DNA of 64,000 nt from an uncultured bacterium. Its GTDB lineage: Bacteria; Patescibacteriota; Minisyncoccia; Phycocordibacterales; Phycocordibacteraceae. Under the pieces are notes generated by a model. It worked only from the letters and a program-made list of their open reading frames with translations, was not told the DNA's origin and did no database searches. Location: contig CAVXAH010000001.1 in NCBI GenBank assembly GCA_963759775.1, positions 38,787 to 102,786 of the forward strand, read 5' to 3'. Position 1 is the stretch's first letter. Each line of letters starts with the position of its first letter. Positions 55,877 to 64,000 of this stretch are shown one piece after another. The translations under genes were made by a program, and so were the position numbers.

Positions 55877-56677
55877 TACTGGGAGTGTAAGGCCCGTGTC
55901 TTTCAGGACTACCCACGTTATTGAAAAAGGATTTTGGACAGGGGTAATCAAAAGCGTGGCGGAGGGAGACGCTGGATCTGTTTCCACGTGCGTGACGGTC
56001 CCAACGAAAAGTGCACCGGGACCTGGGGCGTATACGCCGTCGCCAACACCAATGGCGGCACTCTTTGAAACCTGCGCGGTGAATGTTCCCCCACCCGCTC
56101 CTAGAATTGAAAGTGCGGTTCTGTTTTTCCCTACCCACCCGGGCGTTCGCATGCCAGAGGAAGAAAAGAGAGTGATGCGGGCAAATGACGACGTGAGGGA
56201 CGTGACGAGGCCGAGCGGCGTGCCGCCACGGCCAAAGGCCTCCATGCCAAGGGTTACACCTGCGTCTTCACCCGCATTCACGACAAGCGTGTCATACGGA
56301 GCCTGTGGAGGTCGGGCGAGTACGCCCGCGGCAATCCCCGATGGAGACTCAGCCCCTTTCCCAATAAGCGCTTCCAAATCGCTTACTCTTTCTGAGAGGG
56401 TTCGGTTCTCCGTAGATCGCTCGGCATTTTGGAGCATGAGATGTTCATTTTCTGCCCTAAGCTTCTTTGCATCCACAAACCCAGACATCAATGAGTCCGC
56501 CTTTTCTGTTATAGAATCCCCTGCTCGAAAAAGCGGAGTCGCTATTTTAAGGAAAAAGTCCGGCAGAAGAAGCCGGATGGCAAATAAAGCAAGTACGAAC
56601 ACGAACACCACCGCTCCCGCGGTGACCCCCGAAGGAGAGAGTAATGCGTTACGCCTCAGGGAGTATCTCGTCTTCAT
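55844..56677 (-). CDS. mreC: rod shape-determining protein MreC
   Basis: N-terminal TM, coiled coil, MreC beta domains; internal Met start chosen. Confidence 0.85.
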   Translation of the reverse strand: MKTRYSLRRNALLSPSGVTAGAVVFVFVLALFAIRLLLPDFFLKIATPLFRAGDSITEKADSLMSGFVDAKKLRAENEHLMLQNAERSTENRTLSERVSDLEALIGKGAESPSGIAAGVLARPPQAPYDTLVVNAGEDAGVTLGMEAFGRGGTPLGLVTSLTSSFARITLFSSSGMRTPGWVGKNRTALSILGAGGGTFTAQVSKSAAIGVGDGVYAPGPGALFVGTVTHVETDPASPSATLLITPVQNPFSITWVVLKDTGLTLPVPPLEAAVPFD

Positions 56678-57701
56678 CGAGGAAAAAGTCAGCGTAGAGC
56701 TCTGGGTTCTCGGTTGCCATTCCGGTACCGCGCACGACCGCAGAAAGAGGATCCGCCGCAACCTTTACCGGAACACCAAGCATCTTCGCCAGGATTTCCG
56801 GAAGGCCTCGCAGGAGCGCTCCGCCGCCAAACACCGTAACACCACGTTCAAGCACGTCAGACAAAAGCTCAGGCGGCGTTTTCTCAATCACGTCTTTCAT
56901 GGCGTCCATAAGCGCATCAAGCGAGGGCGAAAGAGCTTCGCGCACATGCGCATCAGTGAGTGTAATTTCACGCGGAAGTCCGGTCGCAAGATCGCGGCCG
57001 CGTATTTGGCGCGAGAGTGTCTCTGAAAGCGGCGTCACCGCACCAATAGCAATTTTGGTTTCTTCCGCAGTACGCTCCCCAATGCCGAGTTTGAATTCAC
57101 TTCGTACAAAATCAATTATATTTTCATTGAAACGATCCCCCGCCACTTGTGAGCTTTTTGCAGAGACCGTACCGGAAAGTGAAATGACCGCAATATCAGT
57201 CGTGCCGCCACCAATATCAAGCACCATCGTGCCGATTGCCTCTCCTACAGGAAGCTTTGCACCAATCGCACCTGCAACCGGTTCCTCAAGTATGAATACT
57301 TCGCGCGCGCCGGCGTTTTTAGCAGCATCGCGCACCGCACGGCTTTGCACGTTCGTCACGCCAGTTGGAACTCCTATGACGATACGGGGACCAAAGAGTC
57401 GCGCATGGCCACCCTGTGCTTTATTAATAAGGTACGTGAGGAGTTCTTCAGTCACTTCAAAGTCGGAGATAACACCATGAGAGAGCGGACGTACGGCGCG
57501 GATATGCGGTGGCGTCTTCCCAAGCATACGCTTTGCGCCTGCACCCACAGCGACCACTTGTCCTGTTTTGTCGTTTATCGCCACCACCGATGGCTCGTTA
57601 ATAACAATGCCCCGCCCGCGCACGTAGACGAGAGTATTGGTCGTACCAAGGTCAATGCCAATATCACTTCCGAAAAATGAGTTTTTAGAAAATTTCGCCA
57701 T
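56649..57701 (-). CDS. mreB: rod shape-determining protein MreB
   Basis: actin-like ATPase motifs ([10 protein letters not shown], VxDIGGGTTD), 350 aa. Confidence 0.95.
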   Translation of the reverse strand: MAKFSKNSFFGSDIGIDLGTTNTLVYVRGRGIVINEPSVVAINDKTGQVVAVGAGAKRMLGKTPPHIRAVRPLSHGVISDFEVTEELLTYLINKAQGGHARLFGPRIVIGVPTGVTNVQSRAVRDAAKNAGAREVFILEEPVAGAIGAKLPVGEAIGTMVLDIGGGTTDIAVISLSGTVSAKSSQVAGDRFNENIIDFVRSEFKLGIGERTAEETKIAIGAVTPLSETLSRQIRGRDLATGLPREITLTDAHVREALSPSLDALMDAMKDVIEKTPPELLSDVLERGVTVFGGGALLRGLPEILAKMLGVPVKVAADPLSAVVRGTGMATENPELYADFFLDEDEILPEA

Positions 57702-57703
57702 AC

Positions 57704-58948
57704 CTAGAGCGCAAGTACTTCTTTTCGAGATTTCTTTGAGACCGCTCCACTTGCGCGATCAACCACCTCATACTCCCCGCCTTCAAGCGTCTTCTTCCCA
57801 ACCACAATACGTGTTGGGATACCAAGCAAATCGCTTTCTGCAAATTTCTCTCCCGCACGAAGATCGCGATCGTCGTAGAGCACTTCAACACCCGCCTTCA
57901 CGAGGTCTGCGTAAAGCGCATCCGCCATCTTCGTTGCCTCATCCCCTGCCTGTCCAAGCGAAACCAAGTGAAGGGCGAACGGCGCAACCGACTTTGGCCA
58001 TACCAGGCCCTTTTCGTCCGCAAGCAGCTCAACAATCGCCCCCACGAGTCGTGTGGGACCAATGCCATAACTTCCCATAAACACTGGATGATTGTTCCCT
58101 TCCTTGTCTTTGTAAGAAAGCCCGAGTGCTTCGGAGAAACGCGTACCGAGTGTGAAAATATTCCCAACCTCAATCGCTTTTTTCTCTACAAGATTTTCTC
58201 TATCAAGACCGAGCTTTTTGAGAGTTGCGTCCGTCATCACCTCTTTATTTACGGCTATGTGCTTCTTTTCGTCCACATATATGAGATCTTCACCTGCCTC
58301 CGAAACCATCTGAAATTCTTCGGAAAACTCCGAAAAAATACCACCTGAGGCGAAAGTGACATGGGTGCTTTCTCCAATTCCCAGAGCACTAAAAGAGCGT
58401 ACATACGCCTCGCGTACCTTGGCATAGACCTCCTCGTGCTCTTTTTGGTCCTTACAGAAGGAATACAAGTCTTTCATAAGGAATTCTTTGCCGCGCATAA
58501 CACCGGACTTGGCGCGAAGTTCGTTACGGAATTTGGTTTGAAATTGATATGCAAGAGCGGGAAGGTCGCGATACGAAGAAATATGTTCGCTCATAATCCG
58601 CGTCAGCGGCTCTTCGTGGGTAATCGCAAGCCCTGTTTCTCCACCAGATTTAAAATTGGTCTTGAACCAGTTATCAACTTTCTTATCATCCCAACGATCC
58701 GTGCGCGACCAAAGCTCTTTGTCTTGAAGCGCAGTCATAAGAAGCTCTTGTCCACCCACGGCATTCATTTCGGTGCGGATAATGCCGACTACTTTATTCA
58801 AAACCCGGATGCCAAGCGGAAGATAGGAATACACACCCGCCATTTCCTTGTGTACATATCCGGCACGAATGAGAAGCTGCGCATTCTTTGAAACTTCGTC
58901 CGCGGGTGCGTGTTTGCGGGTTTTGGTGAAAAGCGCGGATTGTCTCAT
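57704..58948 (-). CDS. proS: prolyl-tRNA synthetase (short form without editing insertion)
   Basis: class II motif 2 (YQFQTKFRNE...RGKEF.MKDLYSF), anticodon-binding C-terminal domain. Confidence 0.85.
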   Translation of the reverse strand: MRQSALFTKTRKHAPADEVSKNAQLLIRAGYVHKEMAGVYSYLPLGIRVLNKVVGIIRTEMNAVGGQELLMTALQDKELWSRTDRWDDKKVDNWFKTNFKSGGETGLAITHEEPLTRIMSEHISSYRDLPALAYQFQTKFRNELRAKSGVMRGKEFLMKDLYSFCKDQKEHEEVYAKVREAYVRSFSALGIGESTHVTFASGGIFSEFSEEFQMVSEAGEDLIYVDEKKHIAVNKEVMTDATLKKLGLDRENLVEKKAIEVGNIFTLGTRFSEALGLSYKDKEGNNHPVFMGSYGIGPTRLVGAIVELLADEKGLVWPKSVAPFALHLVSLGQAGDEATKMADALYADLVKAGVEVLYDDRDLRAGEKFAESDLLGIPTRIVVGKKTLEGGEYEVVDRASGAVSKKSRKEVLAL

Positions 58949-59078
58949 GCGGAAAGTATACCCAGTACTAAACTTTGTCGCAAAGTTTTAGTGCCGGGCG
59001 CAAAACGGACGGCGCAATGCTGTTGCGCTTTGAGAATATGTGTTATAATAAAGTTCGTTCAACCAAGGGAGTTAGCAG

Positions 59079-59471
59079 ATGAAAAAAGTGTGCCTACGGG
59101 CAGGCTTCATGCTGGGTTTGATCTTTGGAGTTGTTGGCTGTGCGTCGGAAGAGTGGAAGCCGACGCCGGAAAAGGAGTGGCGCATGGCAAACCTGACGGC
59201 GAGCGATGGCGAAGTCTGGTGCGAAGACATCGGCGCCGCACTCAAGTTTGCGGTGGCTTCTGACGAAGACTCCACGAGGTTTGCTCCCCTCGGGTATGCA
59301 TACGGGTGCGGGAAGTTCACGGTAGAAACCCCTCTTCAGGTCGTCTTCCACGACTGCAAAGCCGTTGATGGATTTCCCGATGATCCACGGGAAGTGTGTC
59401 CCGCAATGATCTTTCAAAGCATGGGCGCACCACGAAAGGCGTACATTGTGGTCTATCCTGAGCGGTATTGA
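59079..59471 (+). CDS. hypothetical lipoprotein
   Basis: lipobox-like LIFGVVGC signal peptide, RBS aagggag. Confidence 0.5.
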   Translation: MKKVCLRAGFMLGLIFGVVGCASEEWKPTPEKEWRMANLTASDGEVWCEDIGAALKFAVASDEDSTRFAPLGYAYGCGKFTVETPLQVVFHDCKAVDGFPDDPREVCPAMIFQSMGAPRKAYIVVYPERY

Positions 59472-59487
59472 TACGCGAGTATCGAAA

Positions 59488-59530
59488 AGGGCTGTCTTTC
59501 AAGATGAAAGACAGCCCTTATGTTTTTATA
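59488..59530 (+). terminator. rho-independent terminator
   Basis: aagggctgtctttc-aaga-tgaaagacagccctt followed by atgttttt. Confidence 0.75.
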
Positions 59531-59603
59531 GGCCGGTGTGATGCCTTGCCTTCTGCCCTAAAAATGGTACGATAATTCCTCGAACCAACCATAGGAGTGA
59601 GTC

Positions 59604-59951
59604 ATGCACAGAGTCTGTACGGTGATTTTCGTCCTTCTGTTCTTTTCGGTCGGAAGTGCGAATGCTCGAGAAGGGTTCAAGAGCACGTATGTGAACCCCG
59701 GCCAGCCTTGGTGTCTGAGCAAAGGCACCATGCAGGTGCTACCAAAAGAACCAAAAAATTCGGCACTGTTTAAAAAAGAGGAGACCGAAAGAGGTTGTGG
59801 AAGATTCAAAAAGAAAGCGCGCGCAACGGTTATTTCGAAAGCCAGCGCCGTGGCAGAACCGAATCCCGACGAGCGGTACGTGTATCAGGTTTTCGTCCAC
59901 GGTACTTCTTCCATCGTTTATATCCAAACGAAAGGGAAAATTCCCGACTGA
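59604..59951 (+). CDS. hypothetical secreted protein
   Basis: 115 aa with signal peptide (VGSANA), RBS taggagtg. Confidence 0.45.
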   Translation: MHRVCTVIFVLLFFSVGSANAREGFKSTYVNPGQPWCLSKGTMQVLPKEPKNSALFKKEETERGCGRFKKKARATVISKASAVAEPNPDERYVYQVFVHGTSSIVYIQTKGKIPD

Positions 59952-60006
59952 AATTCCTACCCAGACCGCCCCTATTATTTTAGGAGCGGTTATTTTTTTG
60001 TGCGTC

Positions 60007-61110
60007 CTACCCCACGATTCTGTAAATGTCGTGGAAGGTTACGACAACCATGAGCACTATAAGGAATACAAACCCAATCCCGTTGGCCGCCTGCGATACC
60101 GCCTTTTTAATAGGGCGCCGAGTGATTGACTCAACGATGACGAAGAGGAGGCGTCCGCCATCAAGCGCTGGTATCGGGATGAGGTTAATGAGGGCAAGAT
60201 TAATAGAAATGATTGCCGTAAGCGCTAAAAGATCGCCAAACCCAGAGGCACTGGCACTCCCAACAGCACCAGCGATGCCGACAGGTCCCGCTACTTGGGA
60301 AAGATCCGCGTTCCCGGTGAACACATTCCCGAAGAACTGGGCGAGTCCAATGGCAGTTGCAGTCGTTGCGCCCCATGTAATCACCCCTCCCTGATAGAGC
60401 GCTTCCCCGAAACCAAGCGGCACGATACCGACGACAGCGACTGAAATGCCGAGCGCGTAGCGCGAAGGCTCAGAGGTCACAAGACCCTGGAGAGGCGTGG
60501 CGCGAAGCGTGAGCATCTCGCTCCCTCGTTTTACGCCGAGCATCACCTCACCTCCTTTGCTTGCTGCAATAAATTTTGTAAAACTTTCCGGATCCACCGC
60601 GTTCCAGGAGCCCTCCGCGTGCGTGGCGACCAGGATTCCGTCTCCTCCCATAAGTCCCGCTTTCGCCGCCGGAGATTCTGGGAGAACGGCCGCTACCGCA
60701 AGCACGGTCTCTTTTGCAATAGAAATTTCTTCAGGAGCAAGGGCTCGGGGGGTTCCCGCAATAAGCGCACCGGTAATGAGCACGTACGCAAACAAAAGAT
60801 TCATCGCAATACCGGCGATAAGCACCATCGCCTGCGCAAAACGATTCTTGTCGGTAAACGCTCGTCCTCCTGTATTTACTTCCCCTTTTGCCTCGCTATT
60901 CTCCCCATATATTTTTACGAATCCGCCAAACGGAATCCAGTTGAGCGTATACAGAGTCTCTCCCTTCCTTGCAAGCAGTGCCGCGCGCGGTGGAAAACCA
61001 ATGCCAAATTCATCAACCCGCATGCCGACCAGCTTTGCAACGACAAAATGTCCAAATTCATGGACAAGAATGAGCAGAACGAGAACGCCAATAAATATCA
61101 GAATCCCCAT
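60007..61110 (-). CDS. rseP: RIP metalloprotease RseP (site-2 protease, M50)
   Basis: HEFGH zinc motif in TM1, PDZ domain. Confidence 0.9.
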   Translation of the reverse strand: MGILIFIGVLVLLILVHEFGHFVVAKLVGMRVDEFGIGFPPRAALLARKGETLYTLNWIPFGGFVKIYGENSEAKGEVNTGGRAFTDKNRFAQAMVLIAGIAMNLLFAYVLITGALIAGTPRALAPEEISIAKETVLAVAAVLPESPAAKAGLMGGDGILVATHAEGSWNAVDPESFTKFIAASKGGEVMLGVKRGSEMLTLRATPLQGLVTSEPSRYALGISVAVVGIVPLGFGEALYQGGVITWGATTATAIGLAQFFGNVFTGNADLSQVAGPVGIAGAVGSASASGFGDLLALTAIISINLALINLIPIPALDGGRLLFVIVESITRRPIKKAVSQAANGIGFVFLIVLMVVVTFHDIYRIVG

Positions 61111-61116
61111 GATGCC

Positions 61117-61668
61117 TTACTGGCTAATTTCCTGTTCCTTCTTTTCCAAATGTTTCAGGAGCGCTGCCGTTCCTGCATCAACCATTTTTTGCATCTCGGC
61201 TTTGAGACGCGCAAGCTCGTCTTTTCCCATCCCGCCTTCCTTTTCCGCCGCTTCAAGTGCATGCATGGTATCGGTCCGGTGCGAGCGGAGCGTCATTTTT
61301 GCCTGCTCAGCTTTCTCTCCCGCAAGTTTTTTGAGTTGGGTGCGGCGGTCTGCGGTGAGCTCCGGAAAAGAAACACGCAGTCCTTGGTCGTCAACAGCAA
61401 CACCAACTCCGAGATCTGCTTCCACAATTCCCTTCTCTATCGTTTTCGTAAGCGACTTATCCCACGGGACAACGCGAAGTGTTCGAGAGTCTTCTACTGA
61501 AATAGCCGCGAGTTCGCGAAGCGGTGTTTGCACGCCGTATGCTTCTGGCTTTACACCATCAAGAAGCGAGGGGCTTGCACGCCCCGTCCGCACGCCCCCA
61601 AGCTCGCGCGAAAGCCACTCTTCTGTTTCCTTAATACCTACTTTGAGTTTTGAAAAGTCGTATGCCAT
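61117..61668 (-). CDS. frr: ribosome recycling factor
   Basis: 183 aa RRF pattern (LRTGRASP.LLD...V..YG...PL). Confidence 0.95.
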   Translation of the reverse strand: MAYDFSKLKVGIKETEEWLSRELGGVRTGRASPSLLDGVKPEAYGVQTPLRELAAISVEDSRTLRVVPWDKSLTKTIEKGIVEADLGVGVAVDDQGLRVSFPELTADRRTQLKKLAGEKAEQAKMTLRSHRTDTMHALEAAEKEGGMGKDELARLKAEMQKMVDAGTAALLKHLEKKEQEISQ

Positions 61669-61680
61669 GCGCCAATTATA

Positions 61681-62397
61681 TCACTTGAGCTCTTTAGGTA
61701 GAACGAGCGAGAGGTGCTCTAAAATCATTCGCACTGGCGCGGCGCGGTCCTGGAGGTGCCCCCGCAACTCTTGAATATCCTCCAATAAGGGAATTATGGA
61801 CATCGTGAGTCCATAATTCCGCGCGGCTATCTCAACTCCATTTAGAATCGTAATCGCTGTGTCTCGATTTTCGCGTCGTTCGTCCTCATCTTTCCCGCTT
61901 ACAAGTCTCTTAATCATCGCGCTCCTTTTCTCTTTGTTTGCTTTCAAGAATTCAGCCACCGCCTCCGGTATTTTCGTTTGGTTCTTCGTGCTTCGTGTTT
62001 CGTGTTTCAAAACACTTACCCGAGACTTGAGTGTCGGAAGTAGCATACCGAGCGTCGGCAGTACCAAAAACAAATAAGTGTTTTGCGGTGGTTCTTCAAA
62101 GAGTTTAAGAAGCGCATTTTGCGCTTCTTGGTATGCACGACTCGCCGCAATGATCACGGCCTTTTTCTCGCCAACAATCGGCGCCTGCGAAGCGAAGCGT
62201 ACCACCTCACGCGCGTCATCTACTGAAAATAGCCCGTACCGAAGCACGACGACATCGGGATTGTTTTTAGTTTGTAGTTTTAAGTTTTGAGAAATCCACA
62301 TCTCTGCGTGCGCAATTCCCTCCTCCACCTCTGCCGGAATGACGAACGCGTGGTGTTGCATAAAGTAAGTATAATCTGTATATAATGGAGGTTCCAC
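61681..62397 (-). CDS. holB: DNA polymerase III delta' subunit-like clamp-loader protein (degenerate P-loop)
   Basis: AQNALLKLFEEPP (sensor-1 / LLKTLEEPP box) and LPTLKSR; lacks Walker A. Confidence 0.6.
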   Translation of the reverse strand: MEPPLYTDYTYFMQHHAFVIPAEVEEGIAHAEMWISQNLKLQTKNNPDVVVLRYGLFSVDDAREVVRFASQAPIVGEKKAVIIAASRAYQEAQNALLKLFEEPPQNTYLFLVLPTLGMLLPTLKSRVSVLKHETRSTKNQTKIPEAVAEFLKANKEKRSAMIKRLVSGKDEDERRENRDTAITILNGVEIAARNYGLTMSIIPLLEDIQELRGHLQDRAAPVRMILEHLSLVLPKELK

Positions 62398-62420
62398 TGG
62401 AACTGTATAAGGAGTCGTAC

Positions 62421-62570
62421 ATGGGAAAGCTGAAAGTGTCGACCGCCAAAAAGTCCCGCAGGCCCGAAGATGAGATCTTCCGCGAAGCGCGCGAAAATTT
62501 GATGTGCGCTCGGGAACTGGTCAAAGAAATGAGAGTTCTCCAGCGTTCTTGGAAGCCCCTACATCGGTAG
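62421..62570 (+). CDS. hypothetical small protein
   Basis: 49 aa from MGKLKV with RBS aaggag; terminator downstream. Confidence 0.3.
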   Translation: MGKLKVSTAKKSRRPEDEIFREARENLMCARELVKEMRVLQRSWKPLHR

Positions 62571-62595
62571 GGGCTTTGTTTTTGTTTTCTAAAAA

Positions 62596-62626
62596 AATAA
62601 CCCCCTCTTTGAGGGGGGTTATAACT
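62596..62626. terminator. bidirectional terminator
   Basis: aaccccctc-tttga-ggggggtt flanked by A and T runs. Confidence 0.7.
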
Positions 62627-62642
62627 GTCAAACTCTGGGCAG

Positions 62643-63737
62643 TTACGAAAGAAAAAGAACGGGTGGGTGCTTGAAAAGACCGCGCTCTTTTGCAATATTC
62701 CGCAGAATTTCGCTATACGGAATGATTGTTTCCGAGTAGAACTGCCAGTCCCGGGAACCTCCACCCAAATATTTTTGGAGCGAATCTTTTTGTGCCGCTG
62801 GGTCGTCCGGCTTCCATCCGCGGTTCACCAGATACTTCGCGACAATCATAATGGAGTCTTCTGGAGAAGACAAAGACGGAATTCCGTCCCCATCTGCATC
62901 CGTGTCCCACATCTGCTCCGCGAATGTATCGGGAACAAACTGTCCACACCCCATCGCCGCCCGGTGAGACCCGCGAATCTCATACGGATCCCATCGGTAC
63001 CGATATGCGAGCGCAAGGTGCGCACGCATCCTCTTGAAAGCATCTGCTGATCTCATCCGTCCATCGGGGATCATGAAGAAACTGTAGAGCATGTTTTGCA
63101 CGCTCCACGCCCCCGCAAACCGACAATGATTACTTTCCATCCGCAGGAGTGCCGCGATTTTGTAGCGGCTCACCTTGTGTTTCTTTTCGGCAAGCGCAAA
63201 CGCAGACTCATGAAGAATAAGGAACATGATTCCGCGTTCCACAGACCCAGGCAGAAGCACTGTCTCTTTGAGAAGAAATTTTCGACACGCGCTTGCAACA
63301 GGGTTTGACTTCTCTTCCTCGTACAACCGCAGTCGATGGTCACCCAGAACTTTTTCAATAAAGTCTTGTGGGAGCCGCGTATTGCCAGAAGAAGATACCG
63401 CCAGCAGTTTGCGAATGAACCATTCAGCCGGATTTTGAGAAAGCTGTCGGATGAGGTCTTTATGCCTTGGTGAGGATCGGCTTGGCATCCGCTCTGTTAT
63501 GGCACGGTACGGAGCAACTCCCTCGCACGTTGTATCAGGGAGTATCTCGCGTGCCGTAAAAGAACGAAACGACTGCTCAAGCTTGTTGCGCCACTTCTCT
63601 TTCGGCGAATACGTCGGCTCCACCTCATACACGTACTGCGTATAAAGCGGCGCTTCCGACTCGGCACAGCGAAGTGGTATCGAACAGACTTCAACATTGA
63701 ACAGCGTCAGCGTTGTGACAATGAGCATGGAAAACAT
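62643..63737 (-). CDS. lytic murein transglycosylase (MltB-like)
   Basis: MGCGQFVPDTF motif (GCGQFMP.TF) of MltB-family transglycosylases; N-terminal signal anchor. Confidence 0.75.
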   Translation of the reverse strand: MFSMLIVTTLTLFNVEVCSIPLRCAESEAPLYTQYVYEVEPTYSPKEKWRNKLEQSFRSFTAREILPDTTCEGVAPYRAITERMPSRSSPRHKDLIRQLSQNPAEWFIRKLLAVSSSGNTRLPQDFIEKVLGDHRLRLYEEEKSNPVASACRKFLLKETVLLPGSVERGIMFLILHESAFALAEKKHKVSRYKIAALLRMESNHCRFAGAWSVQNMLYSFFMIPDGRMRSADAFKRMRAHLALAYRYRWDPYEIRGSHRAAMGCGQFVPDTFAEQMWDTDADGDGIPSLSSPEDSIMIVAKYLVNRGWKPDDPAAQKDSLQKYLGGGSRDWQFYSETIIPYSEILRNIAKERGLFKHPPVLFLS

Positions 63738-64000
63738 GATGTTTCCCCCCGTGATTGGACCCACATAGATCCGCTAATAACTGTAGCGGAAAAATATCAA
63801 AAAGAAAATGGACAACTTTGATGCGAAACCTTGCTGTCTCTAAAACTCTTCAAATTCAGGGAGAATATTCACGATGACGGAATCAGAAACTGTTGATGGA
63901 GAAGTCGTGGTTTGGCAGGTGATGGTGTAGGTAGACTGCTTGGTGATGGTCGGGGTCTTTGGTGATCCTGTTGAGAAGCTACCACCTATGGCAGGTCCTG

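Noticed and set aside
61681-62397. Expectation that the gene upstream of frr is pyrH (UMP kinase), as in many bacteria
   Set aside because: The sequence has the clamp-loader LLKLFEEPP box and LPTLKSR segment and no amino-acid-kinase fold motifs. It was called as a delta'-like protein instead.

Overview
This 64 kb window looks like a compact bacterial chromosome segment from a Patescibacteria/CPR-like organism (inference). It has about 55% GC, short intergenic spacers, a class I LysRS, an archaeal-type AspRS and a Cys-less L36. The content is almost entirely core genes: a ribosomal-protein/rpoA operon (infA-rpmJ-rpsM-rpsK-rpsD-rpoA-rplQ, rplM-rpsI), grpE-dnaK-dnaJ, eight aminoacyl-tRNA synthetases (tyrS, trpS, aspS, gltX, cysS, lysK, proS plus a tRNA-Tyr and a tRNA-Glu), two dcw cell-wall clusters (mraY-ftsW-murG on + and mraZ-rsmH-ftsL-ftsI-murF on -), mrdA-mreD-mreC-mreB, dnaB, recR, scpA/scpB, frr, rseP, greA and others. 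The main findings, in decreasing order of interest, are as follows. (1) Four families of short, gene-boundary-occupying elements bounded by terminal inverted repeats. In two families, one copy carries a small YhbQ-like GIY-YIG nuclease gene bounded directly by the repeats, while the other copies are 100-135 bp MITE-like versions. Several copies overlap start or stop codons of essential genes. (2) An AT-rich Type II restriction-modification pair (a beta-class DNA methyltransferase plus a MutH/MvaI-BcnI-like endonuclease) followed by hypothetical genes, in an island inserted next to tRNA-Tyr, with an inverted partial tRNA copy at its edge. tRNA-Glu likewise carries a 14-nt direct repeat of its 3' end. 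(3) A CHASE2-sensor class III nucleotidyl cyclase in an operon with a FecR-domain protein and a C-terminal processing protease. (4) Pervasive single-base frameshifts in essential genes (rplQ, grpE, dnaK at 4 sites, tyrS, pepA at 4 sites, M23 peptidase), mostly in homopolymers. These are most likely consensus errors rather than biology and should be verified before any pseudogene call. No CRISPR array and no rRNA gene were seen.
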